From Octopus sinensis (Eukaryota), in the NCBI RefSeq assembly GCF_006345805.1, contig NC_043000.1, forward strand, positions 113,956,001-114,020,000: DNA of 64,000 bases, read 5' to 3'. Under the pieces are notes generated by a model that searched no databases, was not told where the DNA came from, and worked only from the letters and a program-made list of their open reading frames with translations. The position numbers and the translations under genes were made by a program. Shown here in pieces: positions 12,549 to 26,275 of the stretch; position 1 is the first letter of the stretch; the number at the start of each line of letters is the position of its first letter.

Positions 12549-12769
12549 CACTGTTGTAATCTCTGAAATCTCTTATTAATGGAATCAAATACGAAACAAG
12601 AAGCCTCGGTAAGCGTCTTAATCTGTACCCAAGTAAACATTGTGATAGTAAAGAGAACTGTTAACTTTATTATAATCATTTCACAAATTCACCGATTGCA
12701 ATAGCCAGGATTTTATACTCAACATGGTCTGCAAGCCAAACACTATTTATGAAGTGATGATTCTCCTCT

Positions 12770-13110
12770 AAATGGATTGGAGCATTCCCCTTCAAATAGT
12801 CTTCAATTGGGTTTGAAATCACTCATCATCGTCATGTTGCTTCCTTGTCTCTTTTCTATAAGTATTTCCATGGACATTGTTCAGCTGACCTCTCTTCTCT
12901 GGTTCCTCCTTTAAGAACTTATCAGCAGCCAACTAGACTTGCGTCCAGTTCTCATCAATATACTGTACAACCTCCTAAGTGTCGTAAAGCACTTTACAGA
13001 ACCAGTTTCTCCCTTCACATCTCTAAACTTTGGAATTCACTTCCATAGTCTTGTTTTCCTCTTTTAAGTTTTCCAGTCTTTTAAGTTTAATGTACATTGT
13101 CACCTATTGA
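12770..13110 (+). mobile_element. L2/CR1-group LINE 3' end
   Basis: SLFYKYFHGHCS...SF..KLWNSLP motif. Confidence 0.65.
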
Positions 13111-16100
13111 CTTCTGTCTAGCATCCATTTTATATTGGAGCTCTTATGTTTTCAGTGGTTTAAGGACTTTGTAAAGAGTGAATGCTTTCAAAAAAAAAAA
13201 AATGTTGATCAAAGAATACTCTGGTCATCCATTAATCATTGGTTAATCTATTGGAATTTTTACTGAAGCTGAAACATCTACCAAATGTGTGAGATAAAAT
13301 TTTGAAGAAATCTCAAGCAGCTGAAATTATTAGTTATAAATACGTTGGTATGGCTCCTGCCATAGGTTTAAATGTAAGCATTTATTATAAACGCATTTAG
13401 TAGAGGGCCGAGTGACCAAGGAAAAGCTTTGAATGTTGCAATGAAAATAGCAACACAATGAGTTGTCTGTAAATGTTTTGAAATCAAAACTTCATCAGAT
13501 CAAATTCTTTTGAGTAGGAAATATGTTGTTTGGTTTTTGGCAAGATTTATCTCTTTGGCTATTCATGGACAGCTTTAATCACGTCTGTGTGTTTGTCGGT
13601 TAATTATCAGGTAATAGTAAAGGCACGTGGCTTTGTGGTTAGGGCATTCGGCTCACGACTGTAAAGTCGTGAGTTTGATTCCTGGCAACGCATTGGCTTC
13701 TGTGCATTGTTTATTTTAAAGCAATAAGGTGTGATTTTTTAGGGACATTTGACTGCAACTAACCCTTGCTCATGTTACTTTAAAGAAAGACAATGAGTAG
13801 TAAAGAAACTTTGATGTGGTGGTATACAAGGCCACCCTACTAATGCTGGTGCTGTGATAAAATGCACTGAGTCCATTTTGTGAACTTGCTGCCAAACTGT
13901 GACATAAAATCAGAGAACTTTTGGTCCTGTCGAAGACTTGGCGACATCTTTAGTGCTAGTGCCATATTTAAACACATACAGTATACTCTGTAAAAGTTTG
14001 ATGTCAAGAAGGGCACCAAGGTGTAGAAACCTTTCCAAAAAATAGAACAAAAATTTCATCCAGAAAAGCATTAACTCCATATTAGAAATGATTCAGACCC
14101 AAGTTATCAGAGAAAGTGAATATAAACTGTTGCTGTTATTGTTTGTCTGTTTGTTTGTTGAGAGAAGCGGTCTTCATCCATAGTGGGAGAAGTCCGAAAC
14201 ATGGTCCTTTGCTATTTGTAAGACCCGCAGAAGAGAAAGCAGGTCAACCCCTGACACCGAGAGCATCGACGGATGGATGAACGCGTATCCAGGCTCAGCG
14301 GTTGCGTAGGAAGTCGGGGACAAGAAACAGGAAGAAAGAGTGAGAGAAAGTTGGAGCGAAAGAGTACAACAGGGGTCACCACCACACCCTGCCAGAGCCT
14401 CGTGGAGCTTTAGGTGTTTTCGCTCAATAAACACACACATGGTCTGGGAATCGAAACCACAATCCTCCGACCGCGAGTCCACTGCCCTAACCATTGGGCC
14501 ATTGTGCCTCCACTGTTGTTGTTGTTGATGTTGTTCACCAATGCATATTGTCAAAAGATGTAAATGTTAGCAAGGAACTGTGTAAGAATCAGGCTTTCAT
14601 ATATTAACAGTCTGTATGATATTCGTGTTACCCAGCTTGTATGTACACTCCATGTTACTCTCAATCAAAAATGCAGCGAAACCAGTGACTGACCTTTGTG
14701 AAAACCTCTAACGTAACACTCATCATCATCATCATAAGTCTGTCTTGGGGTTGGACAGTTTGATTGGAGGTGACAAGCCAGAGGGTTGCGCCATGCTCCA
14801 CTATCTGTCTTTACCTGGTTTCTATGACTGGAAGCCCTTTGTAACACCGACCACTTTACAGAATGAACTGGGTGTTTTTTTTACATGGCACCGACACCAC
14901 TGAGGTACGTTTTGGCATGGTTTCTACAGTTGCACGTCCTTCCTAATGCCAACCACTTTACAGAGATTGCACCTAGAAAGTTACCCTCCCAGGCACAAGT
15001 CCGGGCAAGGTTGTTTATGGAAGACCAGCAGTTGCCCATGCATACCAGCCTCCCCTCTCTATGGCACCGATGTTATCCAAGGGAAAGGCAAAGGGGCTGA
15101 TTCAGCTTGGCACCAGTGATGTCACAACTCATTTCTACAGCTGAGCGAACTGGAGCAACGTGAAATAAAGTGTCTTGCTCAAGAACACAACACGCAGCCC
15201 GGTCCGGGAATCGAACTCACAACCTCACGATCGTAAGCTCGACACTCTAACCACTGAGCCATGTGCCTTCACAATAACATAAAGACGATGTCAGATAACT
15301 ACATTAAATAATAACATGTATGAGAGGAGGGTAGCTGAGGGAGGTGGGATTGTTTGTTTTGTTTTTTGTGACTTAGAGGAGGAGGTGGTCAGTATTACAG
15401 AACCTTGGTGACTGGTAATCTGTCCAGATGGTTATAACTGAGTGGACCCTGCTAAAGGCACTGACAAACAAAACCGTTGCTGAGACTGCTTGTTAAAACA
15501 GACATTTTGGTTGCTATTTTTAGCAAATTGATTGAGTGACCTTGACATATTTGTAGAAATGGTGATGATGACTTTGTTGTTGTTGTTATTGATGTCAGTT
15601 ATATTCGTTAATTGACTAAAACCTAAACGGCTGTGAACCAAACAACCACACCCATTTTCTTTCATATATTTTGGTTCATACTAACACACACTTAAGATTA
15701 TGCTGCATTGAGATATGAGTATGTGCATGTGTGTGTATGTATGTGTGTACGTGAGAGAGAATGTGTGGGCAAGAGAGAAATGTGAGTGTGTTTAGTGTTT
15801 ATGTTATTGAGATTGTAAAAATATTATTAATGGGTGAATTCAAGTGCAGTGAGAGCAGTTTGTGTGTGTATATATGATTGATTTCATATCTGACGTATAT
15901 GTATGTATGTATATATAATTAGACATACATACACGGAGGTAGATGTGTGTGTGTGTGTGTATAGAATCTTACATTTTTTTTTATCTTTTACTTGTTTCAG
16001 TCTTTAGACTCTGGCCATGCTGGAGCACCACTTTGAATAATTTTAGCCGATTGAATCAACCCTACTGGTTCCATTTTTTGAAAGCTTGTTCTTACTCTGT

Positions 16101-16231
16101 TGGTCTGTTTTTACTGAACCACCAAGTTACAGGGGACGTAAACACACCACATACCCACGCTTGTTCACAAGCAGTGCTGAGGGACAAAACACACACACAC
16201 AAACACACATACAGAGAAAGTTAGACAGATG

Positions 16232-16510
16232 TACAGGGTGTGGTGAACAAACTGTCATTTAAATTACGCAAAAATTAAAATGACACTGACACCTCGTTTT
16301 AACAGATATATTTTCCAAAATTACATAAAAAGTATCTTGAAATACAAATGAGTAAATTTATTCAATAAAATCGCCATTGGCTTCAACCACGGCCTCCAGA
16401 CAACTTTGGAATCTCCTGCAATTCTTCTCGATGGTCTCCTTGTTTAAGTTGGTGAATGCTGCCATAATCCTTGCTTTCAGTTCATCTTTGGTGTTACAAG
16501 GAGTTTTGTT
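16232..16510 (-). mobile_element. Tc1/mariner-superfamily 3' end
   Basis: NTKDELKARIMAAFTNL...LEAVVEANGDFIE* followed by a TA|CAGGGTG terminus. Confidence 0.65.
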
Positions 16511-17059
16511 GGGGAGGTGGTAATTAACTAAGGGGTGGGGTAATTGTCCAAGGCCATAGTTGTCGTGGGGGGATAATTGTCCTCAAGGGTTAATTGTCCT
16601 GATAGGCTTTCACCAGTTTGATTGTCCAAATCATTCTCATTTGTGTAAAGGTAAACTCCTCCTCCAAAGAATGAATACCATTGATAATCTCTTCAACCGA
16701 AGAAGTCGAGACCTTGCTTGTTTACCAGACAAAGTGCTAGGTTCATCGTACACTTGTTTCATTGCAAAAATTCATATTCTTTTAAATAAAAACAAAAGTA
16801 AACAGCTCGGGGGACACCATTAAGAATGAGTCATAATCACCGTTGACTACAAAATCGTGACACGATTGGTTGTCTATTTTTAGTATTTTGTTTCCTTTTG
16901 TGTGTGTTGTTCATTACCGCTTTAACGAGATTCCATTAAATATCACATTTAGGCTATTTCTGCTCTGCCGGGAACACAGCATTATAGGGTTAAGTAAAGA
17001 AATTATATTGGACCTTGGCACAACATCAATAAGGTTTCTGATCACTGATAATACCAGGG

Positions 17060-17335
17060 ACTACCAAAAGTAATATTGAAGATACAGCATAGAAGGACGA
17101 GGCTAGCTGGACACTGCATCAGACTCACCAATGAAATTGCTAATGAGCTAATGCTCTGGCAACCGACGGAAGGAAGAACCAGGAGAGGAAAGAGGAAGAT
17201 GACCTATATCGACAACTTGCTGGAGGATACTGGTATGGAAAGGGTACAGGGACTGAGGACCATTACGGAAGATCAAGATGAGTGGGGAAAATGTGTGGAA
17301 ATAGTTTTAGGGCATCCTGAGGGACAACCTAGATA
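17060..17335 (+). mobile_element. RTE-like LINE 3' end
   Basis: RRTRLAGHCIR...LMLWQPTEGRTRRG..TYIDNLLED...DQDEW. Confidence 0.7.
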
Positions 17336-18161
17336 GATAGGGATAGATTTAATACAGAGATTTTTTGTTTCCAAAATACTTTAAATATATAAGAACCATA
17401 TTTGATGACATGTAAGAATTTTTTTTTTAACTATCAAAAGAATCATCCAGGGTCCTTCTTGTGAATTTGATCCTCTACTACATGCTATAATGTATTAAAA
17501 GCATTTTTTTTTTCTTGAATCTGTGTTGCTGAAATTGTGGTGCATCTAATATATGCATGCATCTTTTATGCCAACAAATACAGCGTTGTACTTGGTTGGA
17601 ATATTTTATTCTTGAGAAAACCCAACCCAACAACTCCTAAACATCTAGTACTTTCTTGGCATTTGCCACTTTTTTTTAGGAGTCACAAAGGTATGTCTGC
17701 TTCCCAAGGATCTCAAGAAATTGAATCTTAGAACAATAAAAAGAAAACTTGGTTTAGTCTTCTGCTTTCACCTTTTTGATCCCAACCTAAGATTGACCCC
17801 TTCTTCTATGATACAAATTTTCCATTTTAAAGTCGTCTAAAGTAAAAACGTCCATCAAAATTTCATTTTGATTTATGTTCCAAACCACAGCTTATTCAAG
17901 GCAAAACTATTTAGCTAAATTCTTCATTATTTTAAAAATTAATTGACACAAAATCAGTGAATTTGAACAAAAATATGGTTTAAAAAATATGGTAAAAAAA
18001 TGTAGAAGAAAATATGGTCAAAAAAAATTGGGTAAAAAAAAATATGGTAAAAAAAAAGTGGCGGTTAATTCTGTATACTTGGCGTCACTACCATTATTAT
18101 TGATTGTCTGTTCTTGATGTATGGCATTGAATGTATAAAGTACATTTCTCTTTTTATGCAG

Positions 18162-18575
18162 GAACCAATATATTCGATTCCGATAAGGAAAATTTAGACA
18201 TTCATTGAGACGTGCATGGGAAACAAAGCTGTCAGAATGGAAGAAATATAAGCAGCCAGTTTAGCCAGAATTACAAGAATTTTACCTTAGCACAACCAGA
18301 AATGGCTCTTGTTGCTAAGGAAATATTACAGAAAAAGAAAGAGTGAATTGAATTTATTAAAAGAAAAATGTCCAAGAAGTTATTTCCACAATTAAACAAC
18401 AATGTAGTAAAGTTTGTCTCAATATAAAACTGGATTGGAAATTAATTTTTGAAGTTTCCTTGAATATAATTATATATTTGTATTTTAGCAAATTAATGGA
18501 TTAAAAACCCACAAAAGACTGAGAGACGAATTGCTTTATTTTATTCTAAGTTTCTAATAAACAAAGAATGTGAAT
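18162..18575 (+). other. Probable terminal 3'UTR exon of the Dab-like gene
   Basis: TTTCTCTTTTTATGCAG acceptor ending at 18161; unused GTAAGT donor at 10695 just after the stop; AATAAA at 18556-18561. Confidence 0.5.
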
Positions 18576-21289
18576 TATTGGTTATCAAAATAGATTAGTT
18601 TATAAAGAAACAATATTATTGACATTGTAAAATATTAACAGGAGAAAATGGAATTGTTACAAAGTGAAAAAAAAAAAAAATAATGATAAAAATAATATTA
18701 ATAATGATAATGGTAATGAATGGAGAAACACGTGAACAGATATCAAGTGAAAATTTAATCTGTATCATTTTATCAAAAATGAGATCCATTGAAGAAATAA
18801 ATATATTACTTCTAAAGTCAATAAATATCGCTAGTCTTCTGAGATTATCTGTGTGTATGTATATGTATGTGTGTATATATGTATGTATATATATGTGTGT
18901 GTGTGTGTGCATATGTACATGCATGTGTGTGTATGAGTCTATGTCTATATGTTTTCTTTTTCCTCAAAACCCACCAACATTTAACAATTGGCATGTCTTT
19001 ATACAGCTGCCTTCATTCATAAGTATCACATGTCCACACCAGTGCAGTCTTCTTTCTTGAACATAACCCCTGATGCCTCTTAAGCCCAATTTTTCTCTAA
19101 TCCCATTTGCACTTTTTCATTGAATTGTCCCCTCAATCTCTTGTGATGTGTTGGTGGCTGCTGACATCTGAAGAACCCAAACAAACCCTGACGTCATAAC
19201 CTCTCGACACTGGATGATCCTGTGGAGTTTCATCTTTTTCCTGTCACACCTAAATCTGTAGTTGGAAGGTTCATACAAAATGGCATTGTTACTGAAACAC
19301 GAAATTAATGAATGCAGAATGCAATTACATATATTATAACACATGGCCTAGTGGTTAGAGTAGCGGATTAGCGGTCGAGGGATCGCGAGTTCAAATCTCA
19401 GACTGGGTGATGTGTGTGTTTATGAGCGAAACACCTAAGCTCCACACGGCTCTGGCAGAAGTTAATGGTAAACTTCTGCTGATTCTTTCACCACAACTTT
19501 TTCTCATTCTTTCCTCCTGCATCTTGCAGTTCACCTATACGCCAAGGAAACTGGGAAACCGGCCCTTATGAGCCAGGCATGGCTCGAGAAGGAACAAACA
19601 GTAACTAATGAAGTATTTTGTGCAATAGAAGAGAATTGAGTTAAAAATTGTTTGGTATATGTCATGGTGCCTTCTCTTGTATGCTTGCTCCTGCTAACTT
19701 TAGAATCTGGTTATGCTACTGTTTCCAATCCTTCCAGTCAGAATGATGTCCCTTAAATCATACTTTTGGATCCAATTCTTTTTACCATTTATACCAGTAA
19801 CATGACATCAGTTACCAAACCAACAGCATTAAAATTTTATGCAAATAAGGCTGAATAATGCATTTCTAGCCTGAGATGTACAAAGGCTGTTGATCTAGAA
19901 AAATGGATTTTGAAATATGAAAAAATTATTTCTAACCATTTAAAACTAAAATATCTTATAATACAAATTCTGAAATTGTTTTTAAAGGGATCCTGTAAAA
20001 TATGCCATCGAAATTTGGAATTCATCTTTTATTTGAAATCTAAATAAACTAGATCACACTCAGAGATCTTATTGTCAACATGGATGACTGGCATATAAAA
20101 TCTCTTGTTTCCAGAATTTCAGAAAGAACTTACATTGTAACATTTTCTTGAATAAAGTCGAATAATCAGATTTGGTTTTGTATACTAAGAAATATATCAG
20201 TGCCATTTTCTGAATTCTTTACCATCTCCAATAAATTCAGCTGACACATCAACCACTCTTTTAATCTCTTTATCGAAAAACAATCAAAATATCCAACGAT
20301 TTTTTTTTTTCTAAATAAAGCTAAATTTCATGTAGGACTCACTCTTCAATTTTTGAAAATGATAACTTCAGGCTTTTAGGAAGAAGCATTCTTCTGATTC
20401 TCTTCAAATCCTCTGAGGCTAATTATTCAAAGACCATCAAAACCTTTGGTTCATGCTAATAAACCCAAGTTATCGTTACAAAGAATTACCAAAGGAAAGA
20501 CCTTAGTACCATGTATGTCTGATTCAAGTTCAAATAAATATTCTTTTAGGATTCAATAACAAAACTTAGTGTAAGAATTCTGATGTATAAACAGTTGCTG
20601 AAGTATTAACAAAGGAATTTTCTGAAAGATTCATTTAAGGAAGCATCAGGAGTGATGTTTGCATCCTCATCCATGTACATCCAAATAGAAAAAGGTAAAC
20701 AATATTGGTAAAGGTAATATTCGTTTCAACTTTTGGCACAAGGCCAGCAATTTCGTGTGATGGTCTAAGTCAGTTATATCAACCCCATAATTCAACTGGT
20801 ACTTATTTTATCGACTCCAAAAGAATGAAAGGCTAAGTCGATTTCGGCGGAATTTGAACTCAGAAAGTAAAAGTGGATGAAATGCTGTTAAGCATTTTTA
20901 CCAGTGAGCTAACGAGTGTGCCAGCTCGCCGCCTTATATAAAGTTAATATTGTCTTATCAAAAAGGTGTCGAGCTGGCAGAAATGTTAGCATGCCAGGCA
21001 AAATGCGAAACAGTATTTCATCTGTCTTTACGTCCTGAGTTCAAATAGATGTTTGAGTTTCAGTTAGAGTACAGTCAGTAATGTTTGTGTTTGAGTTAAG
21101 AATGGATGTCTGGAAAGGTTATAGAAAAGACGAAAACGAATAAAATAAAGAAAAGTAATTTATCATTTTTTTATAAAAAATCCGAAAAAATATTGTATAA
21201 AAATTATATAAAATACGAAAAATTCTCTACTTTTGTTGTAGTAGTGATTGCAGTTATTGTAGTAATTGTTGCTGCTTCCTTTTCTTGTT

Positions 21290-21330
21290 CTATGAAGGCG
21301 TTTCTTTAAATTTATATGCTATGACTATTG
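21290..21330 (-). CDS. MFS last coding exon (AIVIAYKFKETPS*)
   Basis: TTTTCCTTGTTATTTCAG acceptor, phase 1 matches the previous exon, TAG at 21292-21290. Confidence 0.7.
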
Positions 21331-22377
21331 CTGAAATAACAAGGAAAATATTAATTTTAAAAGTGACACGAAGTAAGAATAGGGAGCCATATTTAACAAA
21401 AGGTTATTTACACTATAATGCATCGATGGACCCTCTTCACGGTCACTCAGTTGCTAAGAAGAGTTACCAACATCCTCTCAAGCCACACACTACTGTCTTC
21501 GAAATAATTTAGTCTTAGAATAGAAGACGACGAAGTGTAATAATTGGAACGTCGTCAATCTTAGGTTTCCTGGATCAAAAATGACCTAAGACTAAATAAT
21601 AGCAGATGACCACAGATTAATTACAGAATGATTAATAGTTGAATGTCGGAGCCATTAGTAAGTGTCCTAACCCAGCTCAGCTTTTCATTTGCGACCCCGC
21701 TGATCACATCTCGCTTCTCTGCGAAGGTGCACTGTCTCATTGTATCCTATTGTAACTGTACAATGAAGTGGAGAATTAGTCGCAAGATGGAAGATCAATG
21801 TTTTTCCTGAGAATTAATCGAAATTATTATTATTATTATTATTGTTGTTGTTGTTGTTGCTGAGTGAAAGAGCAGTGCATGCCATCAAAGTGACATTGGG
21901 GTAAAATATACGAAGCTCAGTATACCCATCACAACTACCCATCTGATAAGGGTTCACTAGGCACATGCATCACAACCATATGTGCGCGACATGGTGATTT
22001 TATATCAAGATAAACAGCGCATGACCTTGCAGGTGGGGCCCAGTTAGAATTTTCTTCTGGTTGAGTAACCCATCCCGCTCAAAAGGTTCCTGAATAGGGA
22101 TTGTTTAAGGATGTTGAACGAAACACCCATGTTTCCAAAGGTAAATTATTCAAACGTGAAAAAATACTTCTCAACACATGGCTATGATGCTCCCCCACTA
22201 CTTCTGCTTGCGATCAGAGATGCACATATTGTCAGCCACCAAGGGACAGGCTCAACTAGTTTAAGTCAAACAACTGACAAGCAAATCTGTGGAATTGGCC
22301 AGAATATTTTCTGTAGTCCATTTTTCATAATTATTATTATTATTATTGTCATTATCATTATTATTATTTTTATTATT

Positions 22378-22411
<34 letters not shown>

Positions 22412-22941
22412 CTATTATTATTGAGTAACAGAACAGTGCATGCGATGAAAGCCTAATATACCCGTCTGATAACGGTACGCCAGGCACAATGCATCACAAC
22501 AATATATGCGTGAAAGGGTGATGCAAGGCTGGTTCCCTTTCAGCGGTTGATAAAATAAGTACCAGTTGAGCACTGGGGTCGATGTAATCGACTATCCCCC
22601 TTCCCTGAAAAATGTTCAAGGCCTTGTGCCTAGAGTTGATGTAATAATAATAATAGTTATTATTATTAAGGCGGCAAGCTGGCAGAATCGTTAGCGCAGT
22701 ATTTCGTCCGTCTTTACGTCCTGAGACGACTTTGACTTTCATACTCTCGGAGTCGACTTTGCTTTTCATCCTTTCGGGATCGATAAAAGAAGTACCAGTG
22801 AAACACTGCGATCGATGAGAGGGAGAAGACTGGAAAAGTTTAACACCGTGGGCAGGATTCGAACGCCACGTCTTTTGTAAACCGTATTAGCTGTGCCAAT
22901 AAATATTAGTAGGGAGAGAGAGAGAGAGATTCGATACCTAC

Positions 22942-23041
22942 CACATGCCGATATCACTGCTGCAACGAAAAATAAACCCATCCAACCGATTAACGGAAGG
23001 AGAGTTTCTGAGAGTAGTGATCCAATAATCGCTGTCATGGC
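22942..23041 (-). CDS. MFS exon (AMTAIIGSLLSETLLPLIGWMGLFFVAAVISAC)
   Basis: TTTTCCAG acceptor, G|GTAGGT donor, 100 nt, phase 0 to 1; hydrophobic TM11/12. Confidence 0.85.
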
Positions 23042-23209
23042 CTGGAAAATAGATTTTCAAGAAAAGAAAACGGTAAATGAGAATGGACTCCGAAAATTTT
23101 TTTTTAGAAAATAAATGATTAATTACAAGGCAAGAAATCTTCCAGAGTTGCTTCCCTTAAATATTTCAAGGGAAGCAACTCAAAAGTTGTTTGAAGTCGG
23201 TTTGCATAA

Positions 23210-23826
23210 TCTCACTACATATAAAGCTGAAGATGTCTGTGTATGGCAGGTTTGGTAGCCTTCAACTAACACTATCTCCTCCGAGACCCTGCAGCGCAAG
23301 TTGACCAAAATTGAGAGTATGATAGAAGAAGGCTTGCTCTTCCGTAGAAGAAAAAATTCAAATCGGACCATGTTAACACCAAAAATTATTTACATCAAAA
23401 AGGTGCTTTTTTTTCTATGAAAATCCCTATTTTTTACGATTTTTTGACTGCTGTGTCGTCATTTTTTGGTGTATTTCAACCAGAAAAATGTTCACTTAAA
23501 GAGAATTTTTCAAAAATTCCAATTCTAAAGGGTGGAAACAAACCCGAGCAACGCCGGGCAATACTGCCAGTGTTTGTTAAAAATCTTTATGTATAAAAAC
23601 ACCATGCAATAACAGAAATAATCCATTCTTGTTTTGAATGATGCCATTCTTACATCATTTTGTTGAAATTCCACTAAAACTGGCTTCACCTCTCATCCAT
23701 TTGGAATCGGTAAAATAAATACAAGCACGAGAATAACAAGCTACATAATGCAAAATTTTTACTTTTCAAAAATTCTAATTCTAAAGGATCGAAACAAACT
23801 CGAGCAACGCCGGGCGATACTGCTAG
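23210..23826 (+). mobile_element. Non-autonomous Helitron with two 3' termini
   Basis: A|TC start (TCTCACTACATATAAAGCTGAAGATG); hairpin C(C/T)CG-AGCAACGC-CGGG about 10 nt before CCAG (23567-23570) and before CTAG|T (23823-23826). Confidence 0.65.
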
Positions 23827-24399
23827 TTCTTGATAAGAATACGTGTTGAAAACAAATTTTGTGTCGCAGGAAAGTCATTTTGCCAATAACACACGCACTG
23901 ATCCAATTCTACTTCTTTATTGTTCGTCAATTGGCTGAATATTTAACTGACTAACAAATCGACCGTTTGTTTAATGTGTTGGTTAAACGATCGATCGCGA
24001 ACAACGATGAAAGAACTTCGACTAACAAACAACCGATCGATTGTTTAACCAACGCGTTAAACAAACAATCAATTTGCTAGTTGATAAGATATTTAACCAA
24101 TTTACGGATCTTTTCGCTTTGACCGACAGATTTTTAAATGCCGAAATGCAAGAAATTAAACAACAAACTACAGAATTTTCTCAAGAAACCCAAGAGAAAA
24201 AGATATTTTATAAACAGTCTACCAGTATACGAATTTTAAAATTTTTTAGTTACCAAGAAATTATTTTAAAAATCTGCCGGTCAAAGCAAAAAGATCCCAA
24301 TTTACTAACGACAAAGAAGTGGAATTGGATCTGTGCGTGTGTTATTATTATTATTGGCGAAATGACCCTTCCAAGATAGAACTCCAACGGAAATGGGAA

Positions 24400-24830
24400 G
24401 GGAGGTAACTCAGGAGTTGTTGAAATGCTATAACTGAAAGAAGAGCGTGACATGGATATTGTAATCAAAAGCGATCTGCGCTGGACAAACTCCATCTCTA
24501 AGATTATCGAGGGGGCCGAGGATGTCTTAGCATCATTCAGTAAGTTCTTTGTCAGCCGGTCTCCAGCTATCAATTCAAAGTGTATATGACTATAGTGCGG
24601 TCACACACCAATCTGGAACCTCTATCTTGATCAGCATATCAATCTCCTGGAAACTGAACAGAAACGTGCAACAAACCGAAATACCCGCCGGCAGACATCT
24701 ACCATATTCTGCACGTCTTGCTTCCCTGGGCAGGGACACATTAAAACTCAGACATTCGGCAACTGACTTGGTAGACATCCACAAGATTATCCACCATCTT
24801 CCCAACAACAACCTCGAGCACCCTTTTGAA
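24400..24830 (+). mobile_element. CR1-group LINE post-RT fragment
   Basis: LPYSARLASLGRDTLKLRHSATDLVDIHKII, typical of CR1 C-termini. Confidence 0.55.
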
Positions 24831-25401
24831 TTCCTATTTCTTTACTACCCACAAGGGGCTAAACACAGAGAGGACAAGCAAGGACAGACAAATGGATTAA
24901 GTCGATTACATCGACCCCAGTACGCAACTGGTACTTAATTTATCGACCTCGAAAGGATGAAAGGCAAAGTCGACCTCAGTGGAATTTGAACTCAGATCGT
25001 AGCGGCAGACGAAATACCTATTTCTTTACTACCCACAAGGAGCTAAACACAGAGAGGACAAACAAGGACAGACAAACGGATTAAGTCGATTATATCAACC
25101 CCAGTGCGTAACTGGTACTTAATTTATCGACCCTGAAAGGATGAAAGGCAAAGTCGACCTCGGCGGAATTTGAACTCAGAACGTAGCCGCAGACGAAATA
25201 CTGCTAAGCATTTCGCCCGGCGTGCGTATTGGAATTATCATCATCATCATCATCATTATTATAATTATTATTATCATCATCATCATCATTATTATTATTA
25301 TTATTATTATTATTGTAATCATCATCATATTATTATTATTATTGTTATTATTATTGTAATCATCATCATCATCATCATTATTATTGTATTGAAACTTTTA
25401 C

Positions 25402-25611
25402 CTGAGACGTGAAGAGTAGTCCGTAGTTTATCGCATAATACCGTTCCCCGAAACAGCGCATCGTGTAAGACGGAAATGTCGAGAAAGATCCAGAGAAGGT
25501 GAGGAAAATCAAACAAACCCAGATAAAGAAAAGTGGTTTCCCAGCATATTCCGTGAGTATGAACGTTGTAAACAGACAAGTGAGCGACGTGGTGATAGCC
25601 AACTGGGCGAT
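25402..25611 (-). CDS. MFS exon (IAQLAITT...FSGSFSTFP...FGERYYAINYGLLFTSQ)
   Basis: CTCTTTCAG acceptor, GTAAAA donor, 210 nt, phase 0/0; part of ORF 25381..25689. Confidence 0.9.
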
Positions 25612-25699
25612 CTGAAAGAGCACGGAAGAAGAACGGTTGTATAGCCTACAAATTACTATTATCAAAGCTGCAGACAACAATGACAGCATTCTGGTGGTT

Positions 25700-26275
25700 C
25701 TTAAGCACTTGTCTCTTTTACTCTTTTACTTGTTTCAGTCATTTGACTGTGTCCATGCTGGAGCACCGCCTTTTAGTCGAGGAAATCGACCCGGGACTTA
25801 TTCTTTGTAAGACTGGAACTTATTCTATCGGTCGCTTTTGCCGAATCGCTATGTTACGGGGACTTAAACACACCAGCATCGGTTGTCAAGCGATGTTGGG
25901 GGGGACAAATACTGACACACAAACATATACAAACACACACATTCATACATACATACATACATAAATACATAAATACATACATACACACACGCACACATAG
26001 ATTGATATATATTTAGATATTTATATAAATATATATATATATACATATACACACATGGTCATACATACACACACAAACACACACACACACACCACACACA
26101 TATATATATATACGACGGGCTTCTTTCAGTTTCCGTCTACCAAATTCATTCACAATGCTTTGGTCGGCCTGAGGCTATAGTAGAAGACATTTGCCCAAGG
26201 TGCCACGCAGTGGGACTGAAACCGGAACCATGTGGATGGTAAGCAAGCTACTTACCACACAGTCACTCCTACGCC
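25700..26275 (-). mobile_element. Composite SINE: tRNA head, internal microsatellite, conserved tail
   Basis: Head GGCGTAGGAGTGACTGTGTGGTAAG..., (TA)/(CA)/(TACA) middle, tail ...GCGGTGCTCCAGCATGG. Same layout at 32307-32610 (+), 42580-42940, 55620-56205 and 62690-63128 (-). Confidence 0.75.
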
